Source: Eledone cirrhosa
Taxonomy: Eukaryota
Assembly: GCA_964016885.1 (NCBI GenBank)
Contig: OZ024740.1
Span: forward strand, 391,778,001 to 391,842,000
DNA: 64,000 nucleotides
Direction: 5' to 3'
Below the pieces are notes generated by a model. The model was not told where the DNA came from. It saw nothing but the letters and a program-made list of their open reading frames with translations, and did no database searches. Positions 42,279-55,846 of this stretch are shown piece by piece. Positions within the stretch are counted from its first letter, which is position 1. Every line of letters starts with the position of its first letter. A program made the position numbers and the translations under genes.

Positions 42279-42847
42279 TCTTTTCATTCAAAGAATATAA
42301 AATTCCTGAATTTAAATCACAAACTAGCGCTATCAAAAACTGTTCCTGGGATGAGAGTGGATGATGTAGAACAGGTTTATCAAGGGCCGTAGCAAAGATA
42401 GAGGCAAAAGGAGGTAGGTCAAACTAGCCACTGCTGTTGCCAGCAGCAGTCGGAATGACCCGGTTTGTTCTCAACGTTACTGGAGGTAGTAGTAATATGA
42501 AATACGTCCCTTCACGTTTATATTTGTTCTGGCTCGTTAATTTATTAACCCGCCATTGAACCACATTGGCACTTGGTTGGACAATACATGCGTACCTTGG
42601 CGCCTTGTGCGTGAAGGGACGTATTTCATATTACTACTACCTCCAGTAACGTTGAGAACAAACCGGGTCATTCCGACTGCTGCTGGCAACAGCAGTGGCT
42701 AGTTTGACCTACCTCCTTTTGCCTCTATCTTTGCTACGGCCCTTGATAAACCTGTTCTACATCATCCACTCTCATCCCAGGAACAGTTTTTGATAGCGCT
42801 AGTTTGTGATTTAAATTCAGGAATTTTATATTCTTTGAATGAAAAGA

Positions 42848-42931
42848 ACCTTCTGACGAGAATCTCTCTTTGCAACGAAGGCCGTATGGTCTCCGTTTTA
42901 TTTTTGGGATTCGAAACCGATCGGTAAAGGT
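42848..42931 (+). ncRNA. Type I hammerhead ribozyme motif (483-nt family)
   Basis: Stem I ACCTT/AAGGT; CTGACGA 42853-42859; stem II GAATC/GATTC with about 40-nt insert; GAAA 42913-42916; palindromic stem III ACCGATCGGT; GTA triplet 42924-42926. Confidence 0.9.
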
Positions 42932-43104
42932 AACTATAGTAGGTAAAGTCAATTTTTTAAAATTTATTTTGAAACTTTTTCATTATTTACTAAACCTTGT
43001 TTATATTTGTTCTGGCTCGTTAATTTATTAACCCGCCATTGAACCACATTGGCACTTGGTTGGACAATACATGCGTACCTTGGCGCCTTGTGCGTGAAGG
43101 GACG

Positions 43105-43337
<233 letters not shown>

Positions 43338-44104
43338 TGTATATGTACATGCATATATCTCTCTCTCTATATATATATACATGTGTGTGTGTGTGTACAT
43401 ATTATAATTAACTCCGCCTCGAACTTCTTTTTTAACTTTGGTCGAATGCTTTCACTGGAGAAAGTAGTACTTCTAGTTTTAGCACTATCACCATACTCCG
43501 ACAAGCTTGCCCTTGATGCTGTCCTGTTGACTAATTAGCAGTAAGTAACACGTGGAATACCAGTATCGATCAAAACATTTTGTAGTAAGGTCGATATTTG
43601 GGGATTCTTCTAATTGACTAGATTGCTGATGAGGACTAATAGTCTAAACTTTGTTGATTATTGGTTTCCAATTAATCGATAATTAACAAATTTCCTCTTT
43701 AGCTCAAAACAGTACTGTACAGGCCTCTCAGAGAATATATGTATTCTGGCAGCTTTTTATGTTGAACAATAGAAATACTAGTTTATTCAAATTATTGAAA
43801 TTGTGTTAATACTGGGTTATTCAAACTGTTGAAATATTTTAAGCTGTTGAATCATAAATTTTCCTCTGCTTCACTACAAGGTTTCCTGCCTGGAGCTGTT
43901 GTCTTGCAACAACTTAACCTACGTATCTGCTCCGAAATGATTTGTTGAGCAAGTTGTAAGAAACGAAATCGAAATCATCATATATCGATCAAAACCTTTT
44001 TTTATATTTAAAAATATATATACATATATATAAGTCTTACCACACTTTCTTTGTTTTTATATATATATATATATAAGTTAAAACACATATATATATAAGT
44101 TAAA

Positions 44105-44135
<31 letters not shown>

Positions 44136-44137
<2 letters not shown>

Positions 44138-44317
44138 ACGAAGGAAATGTGGCAAGGAACCAGGTGGACCATAACGTACCAAAGTACTCAATACTTAGGG
44201 TAGTAGAGTGGGTAATAGGAACGAGTAGGACCCCGACGGCTGAGCTCAAGCCGTTTCGACGGCTAATTCTGGACAAAACGGCTTGGGCTCAGCCGTCGGG
44301 GTCCTACTCGTTCCTAT
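44136..44317 (-). mobile_element. Short PLE-type inverted insertion carrying the 3' half of a hammerhead
   Basis: 42-bp arms 44215-44256 and 44276-44317; minus strand reads CGAAACGGC-TTGAGCTCA-GCCGTC-GGGGTCC; extra tail of about 80 nt at 44136-44214; (TA)n flanks. Confidence 0.75.
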
Positions 44318-44342
44318 ATATATATACATACATATATACATT

Positions 44343-44413
<71 letters not shown>

Positions 44414-44430
44414 ACACACATACACACATA

Positions 44431-44503
<73 letters not shown>

Positions 44504-44504
<1 letters not shown>

Positions 44505-45305
44505 GTCACTTTTGAGCTGACTTTTGGGAGGCTCCCATACAGCTCTGAGTTTTTCATCCTCAGTGTATACTGATTAATGTTCATAGCCATCCTCAGCATT
44601 CTCGTGTAGCACTCATCCACCATCTGAGTGAGTCTCTTGGTCAGTGTCCAAGTCTCAGCACCACAGACTCCACTACAGCAATGAAGAGGCGGATTTTCAG
44701 GTCTTTACGAAGGTTCGACTTCCACACCGACCTCAAGCTGTGGCACGCCGCCCAGGCTTTCTTCTTCCTCTCAACCATATCATCTTCCGTATTCCCAATC
44801 TTTGCTCCCAAATACAGGAAGTCTTCAACCAATTCTAGCGGCTTCCCGCCTACATTAGTGATCCCCTCTGGCTTCTCAACATTCTCTACCAGATATTTTG
44901 TTTTAGTCTCATTCATTCTCAGCCCCACACTCATCGGCACAGTCTCATCCTCCTGCATCACATCCTCTGCCTCCTTCACTGTATTTGTCACCAAAACTAT
45001 GTCGTCGGCAAATTCAGCATCCGATATCTTTTGCGCCTTAACTCTCCTGCTCTGAGGAGACTGAGGTTAGCTGGACATGCTCACCGACATCCAGAGTTGA
45101 AATTGCACTCAGTGCTCCTGTGGGAGCCCCTACATGGGCACACTGGAAGAGGAAGACCAAGGTTAACGTATGTTGATGCCCTAAGGACAGACACTGGTCT
45201 GTTGGAGACGCGGGACATGGCAGCGATAATGAGGGACAGAGACCACTGGAGAGAACTCGTCCATGGATCTCGGGAATTTTACCCGCCCTAGAATAGAATA
45301 GAATA
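44504..45305. mobile_element. RTE-type LINE 3' fragment with 5' inversion (minus-strand segment 44504 to about 45052; plus-strand segment about 45053-45305)
   Basis: Minus: FADDIV, VGLRMNETKTK, EDFLYLG, YTRMLR, LPKVSSKVT; plus: RRLRLAGH, RGRPRLTY, DRDHWR; (TAGAA)3 tail. Confidence 0.85.
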
Positions 45306-46324
45306 TATATAGTGAAAAAGAGAGAGATTGTGTGTTGGTGTTAAAGTTATCAGTCGATATTGCTATTCATACTGAATGGTATTTAAAAGAATCATACTTG
45401 TCAGCTTTTGACATTTTTTTTTAGAAAAGTTAATATAAATTTCTTCACACCTACGAAATTATATTTGCATTTATATAGCTGCCTACATCCGTTTTCATAT
45501 CTATAATTTTTACAAAGGCATCCATATTAGATTATATATGTATAACTGACACACAAGCATCCACGTTCGATTGTACAAACATTAAGAGGTAAGCTTATTA
45601 TAGGAATCTCTATTTCAATGCAAGTACACACAATATTGATATTGTATATACGTGTATAATTATGTATATTAGCATGTGAGTAATATGAATGTACTTTGAA
45701 TAGTTCCATTATATATACAAAATAAATATCATAACTTATATGCTAACGCTTCCGGTGGGGAGGATATGTTATCATCTCATTTATAAATATCCATAATAGT
45801 GAATAAACCACATTCGGTGTATTATTCATCAAATTATTGATTATTTCTGTGTAAAATTATTGGACATTATACTACGAAATATATTCTTAACTTCAAATGT
45901 CACAATCAGATATATTCAGTTGTTGAGAGCAGATTCTGTGTCAGAAAGCCAAAACAGTAGAAAGAAAGACAAAATGTTTCATTAATGAAAACTTTTACTT
46001 TTCACTCATGTGATCTGTGATCGTATGTGCACCAGTAATTTATATGGATTGATAAGATGCCTCCCACAAATGTGATTCAATGTATGACAATATACAGATA
46101 TGGATTACTTCCATAGGATGACCAAAATGCCACCACATCAAACTATTCCTTTTTTTAGTTGATAAGACATATCGAAAGATAACGTAAAAATGCCATCATT
46201 CTCCAACCACCATATTAAATACAATATAACCTGTATTCTTTTATTCATTTGCTTCTAATTTCTGTATATGTTACAAGACAAAGATCTACAAGTATATTTC
46301 ATAAAATTGTTTTCTATATATATT

Positions 46325-46470
46325 TAACAGGTTACGAGTCGTTAGAATGTTGTATAATATTATTCGTGGCTATTTGTTCCAGTTTTCTGCACTCTGAGTT
46401 CAAATCACGTCATGGTCAACTTTGCCTTTAATCATTTAGAGATCGATAAATAAATTACCAGTCTAGAACT
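46325..46470 (+). mobile_element. Degenerate SINE, same family as 57310-57495
   Basis: TCTGAGTTCAAATC...CAACTTTGCCTTT.ATC...TCGATAAA...ACCAGT core. Confidence 0.65.
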
Positions 46471-46487
46471 GATGTTTATGCTTCCTC

Positions 46488-46564
<77 letters not shown>

Positions 46565-47179
46565 AATAATAGGGTGATATATAACTTATGATCTAATTCC
46601 CTTCCTTTAAACCATACCTTCATTCGCTGATGACATTGCAGTTAAATGGAGAAAGTTCACTAATAATCTATTTTGCTCTCAGGAAGATTTCTCTAGCTTG
46701 TTGCAAATTAAATTATTCCAGTTTTTTTAATCATTTCGTATATACAATTTGCCAACGCAGATTGCCACTATTTTCTTTGAATTCAACTATTTCAATTTAT
46801 CATACAGATTTGATTTTGAGTATCAGTATTCTTTTGAGCATTCGTTTAACGTTCAATAATACACCATCACTGGTCTCCACTAAAAGAGACAGAAGCTAAA
46901 AAAATACAAACAGTTCCACATTTTATTAGGTAACTGACTTTCCATGCATCTTTACAAAAACAAAACAAGCAAAAATGACGTTACACTGAATTTCCACTTG
47001 CACATGCGCATACAAATGTATACGATGAAGTATGTTTTGGATCTCCGTCGGTTTCTATGACGTGTGTTTCAGTTGATTCATCTGAGCAGGATATCGTAAC
47101 ATCTTATGATAACCTACACAGGCTTTGGATTGGAGATAAAAACGCTACAACTAAAAAGAAAGCCTATGAAGTCTGCAAG

Positions 47180-48990
47180 CAGCAGGCAATTAGAAAGATG
47201 GGGATGTCTGGGAGCAACTAAAGCAATTGATATACAAGACACTGCCGATAGAAAGACTCAAGGGCCTTTTATAATTGTCTGAAGGCAGTGTGTGGTCAGA
47301 AGGAAAGCTGGTCAAATCCAGTTCTATCCTCTTATAGTACAACCCTATACACAGACAAAGCTGAGATACTCTCGCGATTGAAGGAACACTTCGAAAAGGT
47401 CCTAAACACTGAGTTAAACGTTGATGAAGATGTGATAGCATCTATTCCACAAAGGCTTGAAAGAAGTACAAACTTGAAAGAAGTACAAGCCGCTATCAAA
47501 CAACTGCCATCCAATAAGGTTCCTGATAAATTATTAAATATCGTGGTCAGAAACTGATTTGTAAGTTTCCTCGGCTATTTCTAGAAATCTGAAAGGTGAA
47601 ACATGCCCTTCAAGACTTCAGAACAGAGGTCAAATATCTATCTGTGACAACTCTCGTTGCACCTCCCTTCTCTGTATTGCTGGTACTTGCCCGTATCATT
47701 CTCAACAGAATTACATCTAGACTTGTTGATGACACCTACTCTTGTAGAGTCCACACAAGTCAGAGTACTATAGACAGGATTTCCTCACTTCGCTTGGCTG
47801 CAGAGAAGGTTCGTGAAAAGAACCAGGAATTATTTATGGTCTTTGTCGACTTGACTAAAGTCTTTGACATTGTCAATTACAAAGCTCTTTTGAAAATCCT
47901 AAAAAATCTTGGCATACCTGACGACATGCTGAATTTTATCATCTCGTTTCATGAAGGCATGTCAAATAGTGAATGCGCTGAACCGTTTGGTATCACAAAC
48001 AGTACAAATCAGTGTTGTGTCATGGCTTCTATTCTCTTTGCCTTTTTCTTATCTGTAATGCACTACTATGCATTTGGTAACTTAGACACTGGCTCCAGAT
48101 TTGAATTCCGTACATCAGGTGGACTATTCAACCATCAGCGCTGATGGTTGAATAGTCCACCTGATGTACGGATCCAGAATTATTTCTGATTTACTCTTTG
48201 CTGATGATGCTTCACTAGTTCCAACATCCCTCGAAGAGGTACAAGAACTAATGAACAACTTTTTACTTGCCTGTAAATTATTTTGTTTAACAATCAGCCT
48301 TAAGAAGACTGAAATGGTACATCAAACAAAGTCAACTATCCCCAGACAAAGACTAGATGTTGGCCAAGGACATCCGGGGCACGGGCATCCCCATATTCCC
48401 ATCACTGTTGATGGCAAGGATCTGAAGTATGTGAACTCCTTTACTTACCATGGCAGCAAGGTGAACAGCTCTGTATCACTGGATGATGATATCGTCAATC
48501 GAATCGCTAAAGCAACTGACGCTTTTGGAAAACTATATCATCATCTATGAGGTGTCAAATGCATATCCCTGAAAACTAAAGTTACAGTTTATCGTGCAGG
48601 GGTACTGACAACATTCTTATATGGCTTTTTAATCAAGGACACTTTATCACATCTATATTTATAAGCTTGATGTCTTCCAAAAACAATGTCTCTGCTCTCC
48701 CCGTGGTTATGCGCTTTCTGACAAAATCTCCAATGCCGATGTCTTAATGTGGTTCAACATCGGATTGATGCATTTCTGATGCATTCCCAACTCTGATACA
48801 GGGTGAGAGGGGGGGGGGGGGTCATGTCCTATGGATAACTGAGGACCGCAAACCCGAGGTACTGTTATAGAGTCAACTTCATAATGGTTCAATGTAGGTA
48901 GACCATTACGTAGGTATAAAGACAAACTGAAGTAATATCTTAAATCTGCGAACATACCTCTTACTTGTTTTGAAGTCCTAGCTGCTGACA
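47180..48990 (+). pseudogene. Old RTE/BovB-type LINE reverse transcriptase remnant
   Basis: LARIILNRI, VFVDLTKVFDIV, LLFADD, ISLKKTE, FTYHGS, RIAKATDAFGKL, GRPLRRYKDKLK; many stops and frameshifts. Confidence 0.85.
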
Positions 48991-49290
48991 GTGAAGGTAT
49001 AAAGAACATTAAAACATCTTGTCTTTCGTTGTAACCACACACCCAACTCTCACCAAGCGTGAAGCTAATAATACCATGTAATATTTACACTTGCGTTTGT
49101 TGGTTTTTTTGTTATTTCGAACTACAGTTATTATAGTTGGTTGTTAAAAGCAACCCTAACAGACAGACCTGTTTCAAGGACAACTGACCTAAGAAATTCA
49201 CTAGACTTGGTATTGGACAGGTCATATCCAAGGACCGAAATAACGGAGGTAAACTTTGTTCCACCATTATGTTTTTCTTTTCCATTTCTA

Positions 49291-49349
49291 GCTGTCTGAT
49301 GAGGTCATAGCTGTTGAATAATGGTTATCACCGAAATATATATTACAGC
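49291..49349 (+). ncRNA. Type I hammerhead ribozyme motif
   Basis: Stem I GCTGT/ACAGC; CTGATGA 49296-49302; stem II GGT/ACC plus ATAGCTGTT/AATGGTTAT; GAAA 49333-49336; stem III ATATATAT. Confidence 0.8.
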
Positions 49350-50593
49350 GAATATGAACATACGAAGTTAATTTTAACCCGTTGACTTACACTTCTTATA
49401 TATATATATATAACAAGAAGTGTAATATATATATATATAGAATAAGAAAATGCGAAGTAGTTTCAGATTTTAAAGTCTTTATTGATAAGGCTGTGATACA
49501 TATTTCAATGACAACAGTGGCCACGCGATTCCGCCTAACCAGAGCCATGATATCATCAGACAACTTCTTACATAATAAAGTTAAGTTCTCGAGGCAATCC
49601 AAATTAAAACGACAAGGGAACGGACAAAGATGATGTTCTTGAAGCCTTCGCCTGTTCCATAGTAAGCCCTAATTTCCCTCCACAGCTTTGCGCAGGCGCA
49701 AATGTGAACGAAGTTTACCATCTAACTACTACTAAAAACAACGATAGTAGCCTAGGCAAGCTCCTCCCCAACCAATCTCCCCCACCCGGGCCGGTAAGGT
49801 GACACGATCACAGGGTTCATGCCAGCCACTAAGTTATAGTTTACTGCCAGTCTCACGTTTAGCAGCAACTGACCAAAATTCTGTGGTAGTAGTAGAGTAT
49901 GTATGTATATATATACATGATCATCTCCAGTCGATGTTTTATACGCAAAAACCATGTAGGCTTTGGCATTCTTACTGCTACTGAGATAGCTGTGACATAA
50001 TCACAATATAAAAAATAATAGCGAGATCTCATATATATATTTTACATAAATATATGTTTATGCTTTAATATAGTCCCCTCGCTCTACAAATATATATTGA
50101 AGTGATGGTCATAATTGGATCGCTTTTAATCCTGTTTCTTCACTCAAGGATCATCTGAAGTGAAACCACACAACCCTAACAATAAGAAGAAATAATTTTG
50201 CTATGATTTCATGTATCATCACAAGCTGAATACTCTGCTGAATTAAAGAATAAATTGAACAGTAAATTGTACAGTAGCAGACACTAATTATTCCCAGTGC
50301 TCAAATAGCATCATAATATAAAATGTCAGACACGGAATTATCCCCAAGTGTGATTATACTAATGCTGTCTCAAACAAAATCTGAAAAAGAAAATTGATTT
50401 ATAAAATGAAAATATTAAAACATAATACTTAAAAGAAATATTTAACGTAGAAAAAAAATTAGTTATCAGATTACTTGCAATATTCATTTCTTTTATTTTT
50501 TTTTTATTTAATATCATATACTAATTCTTTCGAAGTCAATAGATATAGTGACAAATTACAGAAGTTTTGTTTTCTTTTGATCTATTTTTCTTC

Positions 50594-50700
50594 TTTTTAT
50601 TGTTGAATCTAATATTTCTTGTCAGCTCTGAAAATCTTTCTGATTTAGTTACAGACAGATTCTCAGAGCTGACAAGAAATATTAGATTCAACAATAAAAA
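50594..50700. repeat. Inverted repeat: 44-bp arms with 1 mismatch, 19-bp spacer
   Basis: 50594-50637 versus 50657-50700. Confidence 0.9.
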
Positions 50701-51399
50701 AAAAAATATATATATATAACGAGAAACCAAGATTGTTTAACAATGTTAATCAAATTTAATCTTTAATCTCTATAAATGTTTCAATGGGGATATAAGCTCG
50801 GTGTCGGCACATGGAACTGAAAAATTAATCGGTCAAAGTTCAATAATCAATAATTTAGGTGACACCAAAGTACAGATCACCATTTCCTTAGGAAAATTAT
50901 AGGTAGAAACATTGATTTTCTTACCATATCCGTGAGAATAGAAAAGTAAAATAAAGACAAGTTTTAGAAGAGCGAATATAGAACATCGAAATTATTAAGC
51001 AAGTGATTTATGTAACTAATGAGAAATGTAGAAGTACAGCCATTGGAGGTGAAATTGCGCTATATATAATCACATTGTTAAAGAATGAGATGCGCAAGTT
51101 TGAAGTAATAGTGCATATTTAGAACGATTCACTATGTATATGCAGTAAAAGAAATCAGTGGCTACTAAAAAACATTTAAAAACATCAACACCTGTATTAT
51201 TAAAAATACCTACCTCTCACTGTGTAATAACATATCTGTCATATTCTGGTTCATAGACCTCTAAGAACACGGCAAAATTCACATAGTTTGATATTATTGA
51301 TTTTTATTCCTACATTTCTAGAAACCTTGATAATGCTTAAGATTTTTCCCGTTTTTTTTTTTTGTATACATCAGTGACAAGGAATATGAACTAATATCC

Positions 51400-52130
51400 C
51401 ACGCCCAAAGTACTCTCATATTTAATGACAGTAGTACATGGGTAAAACAATCTGAGCCAGAAAATTCTTTTGACGTCTCCATAGGGTCCTATGACAGTAC
51501 TGATATTTATAATCTTATCGGCTAATGCATTCTTCATACACTGAAGTTTATGTTTCCCAACGACTCGTTTAGTCTATACCGAGATGATGGTGTTTACTTT
51601 TCGCATGAAAAGATTTAGTTGACATAAAGATTTAGTTGACACTTTTTGCACTCTAGGACGTAAGATACGAACTTCCCTAACGCAAATGTCCTTGATGTCA
51701 AATGAGACCTCATCACTACTTCGTATAAAACATGCCATAAACCAAACGAAAAATTAAAATATATTAATAAAGTGTCATGCCCCACCCTGCAGCTTTTGAA
51801 AAAAGTAGTTTCTAATATTAGTCGTAGGATCTCAAATATATCAACAACTAGGAAGATATTCGATAAGGTTGCACCATACAACAACCATGCGCTCCTAAAT
51901 AGTGGTTTTAAGGACAAAATTAAGTACACCATCACCCAATCTCAACACAACCACACTAAAAATGCCAACAGAAAAAACTTTATCTGGTTTGCACCCACCT
52001 TTTCTTTCAATATAAAGACTGAAGTAGATAGACATTTCCCACTACAACATAGATACAGTAAAATCTTCAATCGAAATTCCATCAAGATATCCTGTTCCTG
52101 TGGTCCGTCTATGAGATCAAAACTTACTGA
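51400..52130 (+). pseudogene. Degenerate Penelope-like RT/thumb remnant of a different PLE subfamily
   Basis: WVK...FDVSIGSYD, LYRDDG, RRISNIS, APYNNHALLNSG, IWFAPTFS, RHFP...KIFNRNSIKISCSC. Confidence 0.75.
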
Positions 52131-53904
52131 AAGAATAAACCCGCTGCTCATAAACCATGCTGCTCATATATGTGTGTATGGATGGATGGGTGTATATCTA
52201 TATACACATGTAAACGTGTTTGTTTATATGTGTTCTACCTCAGACATGAAAGTATATAACATTTCACATCTATTTTCACACACATACAAATTACACATAG
52301 ACCAAAAATATCATATTCCTTTATTTATATATGCTTGTATGTGAGTGTGTGTGTTTGTGAGTGTGTATATGTGTATGTGAGTTTACGTTGTTCTGTCAAC
52401 ACATTTATATCTATTTGCTTCTCTCTCATATATTCTGCGAATTGCACGTCACTTGGAAATATAATTCTAATATTTCCTATCAATATAACATAAAATAACG
52501 TTTATTTAAAAGAAGCCTTTCACTCTATAAAATCTGGCAGTGTATTCAGATCGAAATTCATTATCATATAGTGTCGTAAACCTTGTAAAATTGCACGATC
52601 CCCTCCAGGATTTCGGAAATATAGTGATGTCTGTTGGTATTCCCCATGAAAGTTTTAAAATACAAAAATACTTTAGGTATTTGTGATTTGAATTGGATTT
52701 TGTCTATGGTTATTTATATATCATTTGTTTGGTATGTTTGGTATGTTTGTATGTTGCTGGTAAGAAAAAATATCAATTCAAAAACTCTTAAATTGTATTA
52801 TCAATGCTGTTTTTTCCATTACTCACTTATGTGATTAGTCATTAAAATGTGCATTTGAGGCAAACTCAAATAATTCCATGTCAATAAAAGTTCTATACTC
52901 TTAATATTAGAATTAATGCAGTAGTGAAACAAGAATACAATGTTTTTAGTAATAAGTACGCATATAGTGATGGAATACGAGAAAATGAATTACTTTTGGT
53001 TCCCATTCATACTTTGTACACTGTATTTACACTTATTTCTGGAAAATATAACCAGGACTTCGACTATTTTCAGAGATGTGTAAAGGAATCATTAAACATC
53101 TTACAGTATTCAGTTCTCTCCCACAACATTCTAAATCAAATTTTGCTCGGGGTTAATTTCATAGTTCATCTCTCAAGACTGGGCAGAGTAAGTAACAGAA
53201 ATATAATTGAACCCATTTGCTCGATTATATAATGCCTATCATAGAAAATTAGGATTATTCACAAACAAAATCAATAAATAAGAGATCACTGAGTAAAGGA
53301 ATGAAATGCTATTTAAATCACAAAATTATGGAGAAAAATATATCAGTATATAAAGCATGTTCTTGAATTGCAGAAGATCATCCAGTAGGAGAATGACATG
53401 CGATTTAAATCACTTAATCATATGTGTGTACAATGTTTGGTGACTGAGTAGAGATTTATATCATGTCACCGTCTTTTCAGTTAGCAGTAAACAAGTAAAC
53501 ATCTTGTATCAAACAGAAGAATAAACATTGCGATCACCTGAAGAGCTATCATAGCAAAACAACATAGTTGAGGGAAAATGCCTCAGGGGAGCGTTTGACA
53601 TACTAAATACAAATGCAGTAGAGTCTCGCTTAATTAATATATTAAGTTGAAATCGTTCAAGCAACTGAGTCATTCGACCAAATAAATACCAGGAAAAACT
53701 CCAACTGATGATGTTTAAGATAAAAATAACAAGTAGGGAGACAGCTTCAATAAGAACAGTCGTCAAAAGTTGTCAAAAATATAAACGGTGCAAATTGGAT
53801 TGAATCTGGTCTAAAAGCGAACCAGTGAAGGCATGAAGGCAACTGGCATGCCTCGATGCTATTATACTTCCACACTGAAGCATGTTCGACTCCTCATATA
53901 TATA

Positions 53905-53934
53905 TATATAACCTAAGTTACATGAATATATGTG

Positions 53935-53983
<49 letters not shown>

Positions 53984-54001
53984 CCTGAGTTACATGTATG
54001 T

Positions 54002-54093
<92 letters not shown>

Positions 54094-54134
54094 GCACATA
54101 TATTCATATATTCACATATAACCTGAGTTACATG

Positions 54135-54190
<56 letters not shown>
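53905..54190. repeat. Compound repeat: three copies of TAACCT(A/G)AGTTACATG separated by (TA)n
   Basis: Copies near 53909, 53981 and 54119. Confidence 0.85.
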
Positions 54191-54195
<5 letters not shown>

Positions 54196-54411
54196 ATATT
54201 TGGGGAGGGTCATATTTGCGTAATATTGCCAGAATTAATAACAGAACACACTCACTGTTTGGTTGGTTTTCGCTTCTCGCTGTCTTTTATATATATATAT
54301 CTGCGATCTAACTTACTCGGTCCTCAATGTTGCCATTGACTGACCGGCGGTCAAAAATAATACAGATACAATATAGACACAAACACATATATATAGTTTA
54401 CATAATTTACA

Positions 54412-54447
54412 TAAATCTTTCGTTGCACATCTGCAACATCGTCAGTG
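54412..54447 (-). ncRNA. Minimal hammerhead-like motif (inverted copy of 55465-55502)
   Basis: Reverse complement of the motif in the right arm. Confidence 0.5.
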
Positions 54448-54752
54448 GTGTTATATTCATTGTTCCTCCTGTTGTGTTGTATGTCTACGCCATTTTTTTT
54501 TTGTTCAGTCTGTCTATATATTTATTTATTTATTTGCTTGTTTGTTTATCTTATTTTATTTTGTCTTCTTTGCGCATGCGTTTGCGTGTGTGTATAGTGT
54601 GATGTGTGACTAGTGTGTATAGTGTTGTGTCTTCTGGGTGACTAGTGTGTGTTTATGTGCTTGTGTATGTATTTATTTATCTTATTTTATTTAATTTTAT
54701 TTACTTATTTATACTTCTCTTAGGTCAGTGTTGTTTGTTTGGGTGTTGTTGT

Positions 54753-55202
54753 ATAAAATCCCTGATCAGCAAAACCTACCCTTTTAAGAAAACCCACTGT
54801 ACCAATAGGAAATGTATCATTTGTAAGGTGAACCCCCGGATAAACTGTAAAACTAGAAACGTAGTCTATAGCATAAGATGTACAGAGGGTACTTGCAGAA
54901 ACATGACAACAACATACATAGGTGAGACAGCTCGTAGCATAGGTGAAAGGATAGACCAACACTGGGGGGAACTAAAAGGACGAAAAAACGGGTCAGTACT
55001 ATACGAACATGCTAGACAACAACATGACGGTAACATAGACAACATAGAAATTAGAATAATATCTAAACATAGGAATGACCCAGCAGATAGGCAAATCAGA
55101 GAGGCCAGTGAAATAGAAATTAGAAGACCAAAGCTAAACAGAAAGAATGAGTGGAACAACAACAACACCCAAACAAACAACACTGACCTAAGAGAAGTAT
55201 AA
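54753..55202 (+). pseudogene. PLE C-terminal GIY-YIG endonuclease domain (no true start; the N-terminus of the listed ORF comes from the inverted arm)
   Basis: CTNRKCIIC...CKTRNVVYSIRC...YIGETARS...ER..QH...LYEH...IREA...PKLNRKNEW. Confidence 0.88.
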
Positions 55203-55464
55203 ATAAGTAAATAAAATTAAATAAAATAAGATAAATAAATACATACACAAGCACATAAACACACACTAGTCACCCAGCAGACACAACACTATACACACTA
55301 GTCACACATCACACTATACACACACGCAAACGCATGCGCAAAGAAGACAAAATAAAATAAGATAAACAAACAAGCAAATAAATAAATAAATATATAGACA
55401 GACTGAACAAAAAAAAAAATGGCGTAGACATACAACACAACAGGAGGAACAATGAATATAACAC

Positions 55465-55502
55465 CACTGACGATGTTGCAGATGTGCAACGAAAGATTTA
55501 TG
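55465..55502 (+). ncRNA. Minimal hammerhead-like motif in PLE terminal repeat
   Basis: CTGACGA 55467-55473, extra T, stem II GTTGCA-GATG-TGCAAC, GAAA 55491-55494; stems I and III very short. Confidence 0.55.
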
Positions 55503-55778
55503 TAAATTATGTAAACTATATATATGTGTTTGTGTCTATATTGTATCTGTATTATTTTTGACCGCCGGTCAGTCAATGGCAACATTGAGGACCGAGTAAG
55601 TTAGATCGCAGATATATATATATAAAAGACAGCGAGAAGCGAAAACCAACCAAACAGTGAGTGTGTTCTGTTATTAATTCTGGCAATATTACGCAAATAT
55701 GACCCTCCCCAAATATAACAATATCTGTTTCGACACACGATTTCATATAAAAAACCTCGCAAAACTAATTCATCGCCG

Positions 55779-55846
<68 letters not shown>

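Larger units (their letters stand above)
54188..55781 (+). mobile_element. 5'-truncated Penelope-like element with inverted terminal repeat (arms 54188-54752 and 55159-55724; tail 55725-55781)
   Basis: Near-identical inverted arms of about 565 bp around a GIY-YIG fragment; (TA)n flanks. Confidence 0.9.

Noticed and set aside
42174-42392. 72-aa ORF repeated three times (also 42734-42952 and 60593-60811)
   Set aside because: TTG start, antisense to the ribozyme, no recognisable motif; identity simply reflects the repeat
43621-43675. Hammerhead-like CTGATGA-GGAC-TAATA-GTCT-AAAC
   Set aside because: GAAA core is broken and stem III is not convincing; at most a relic
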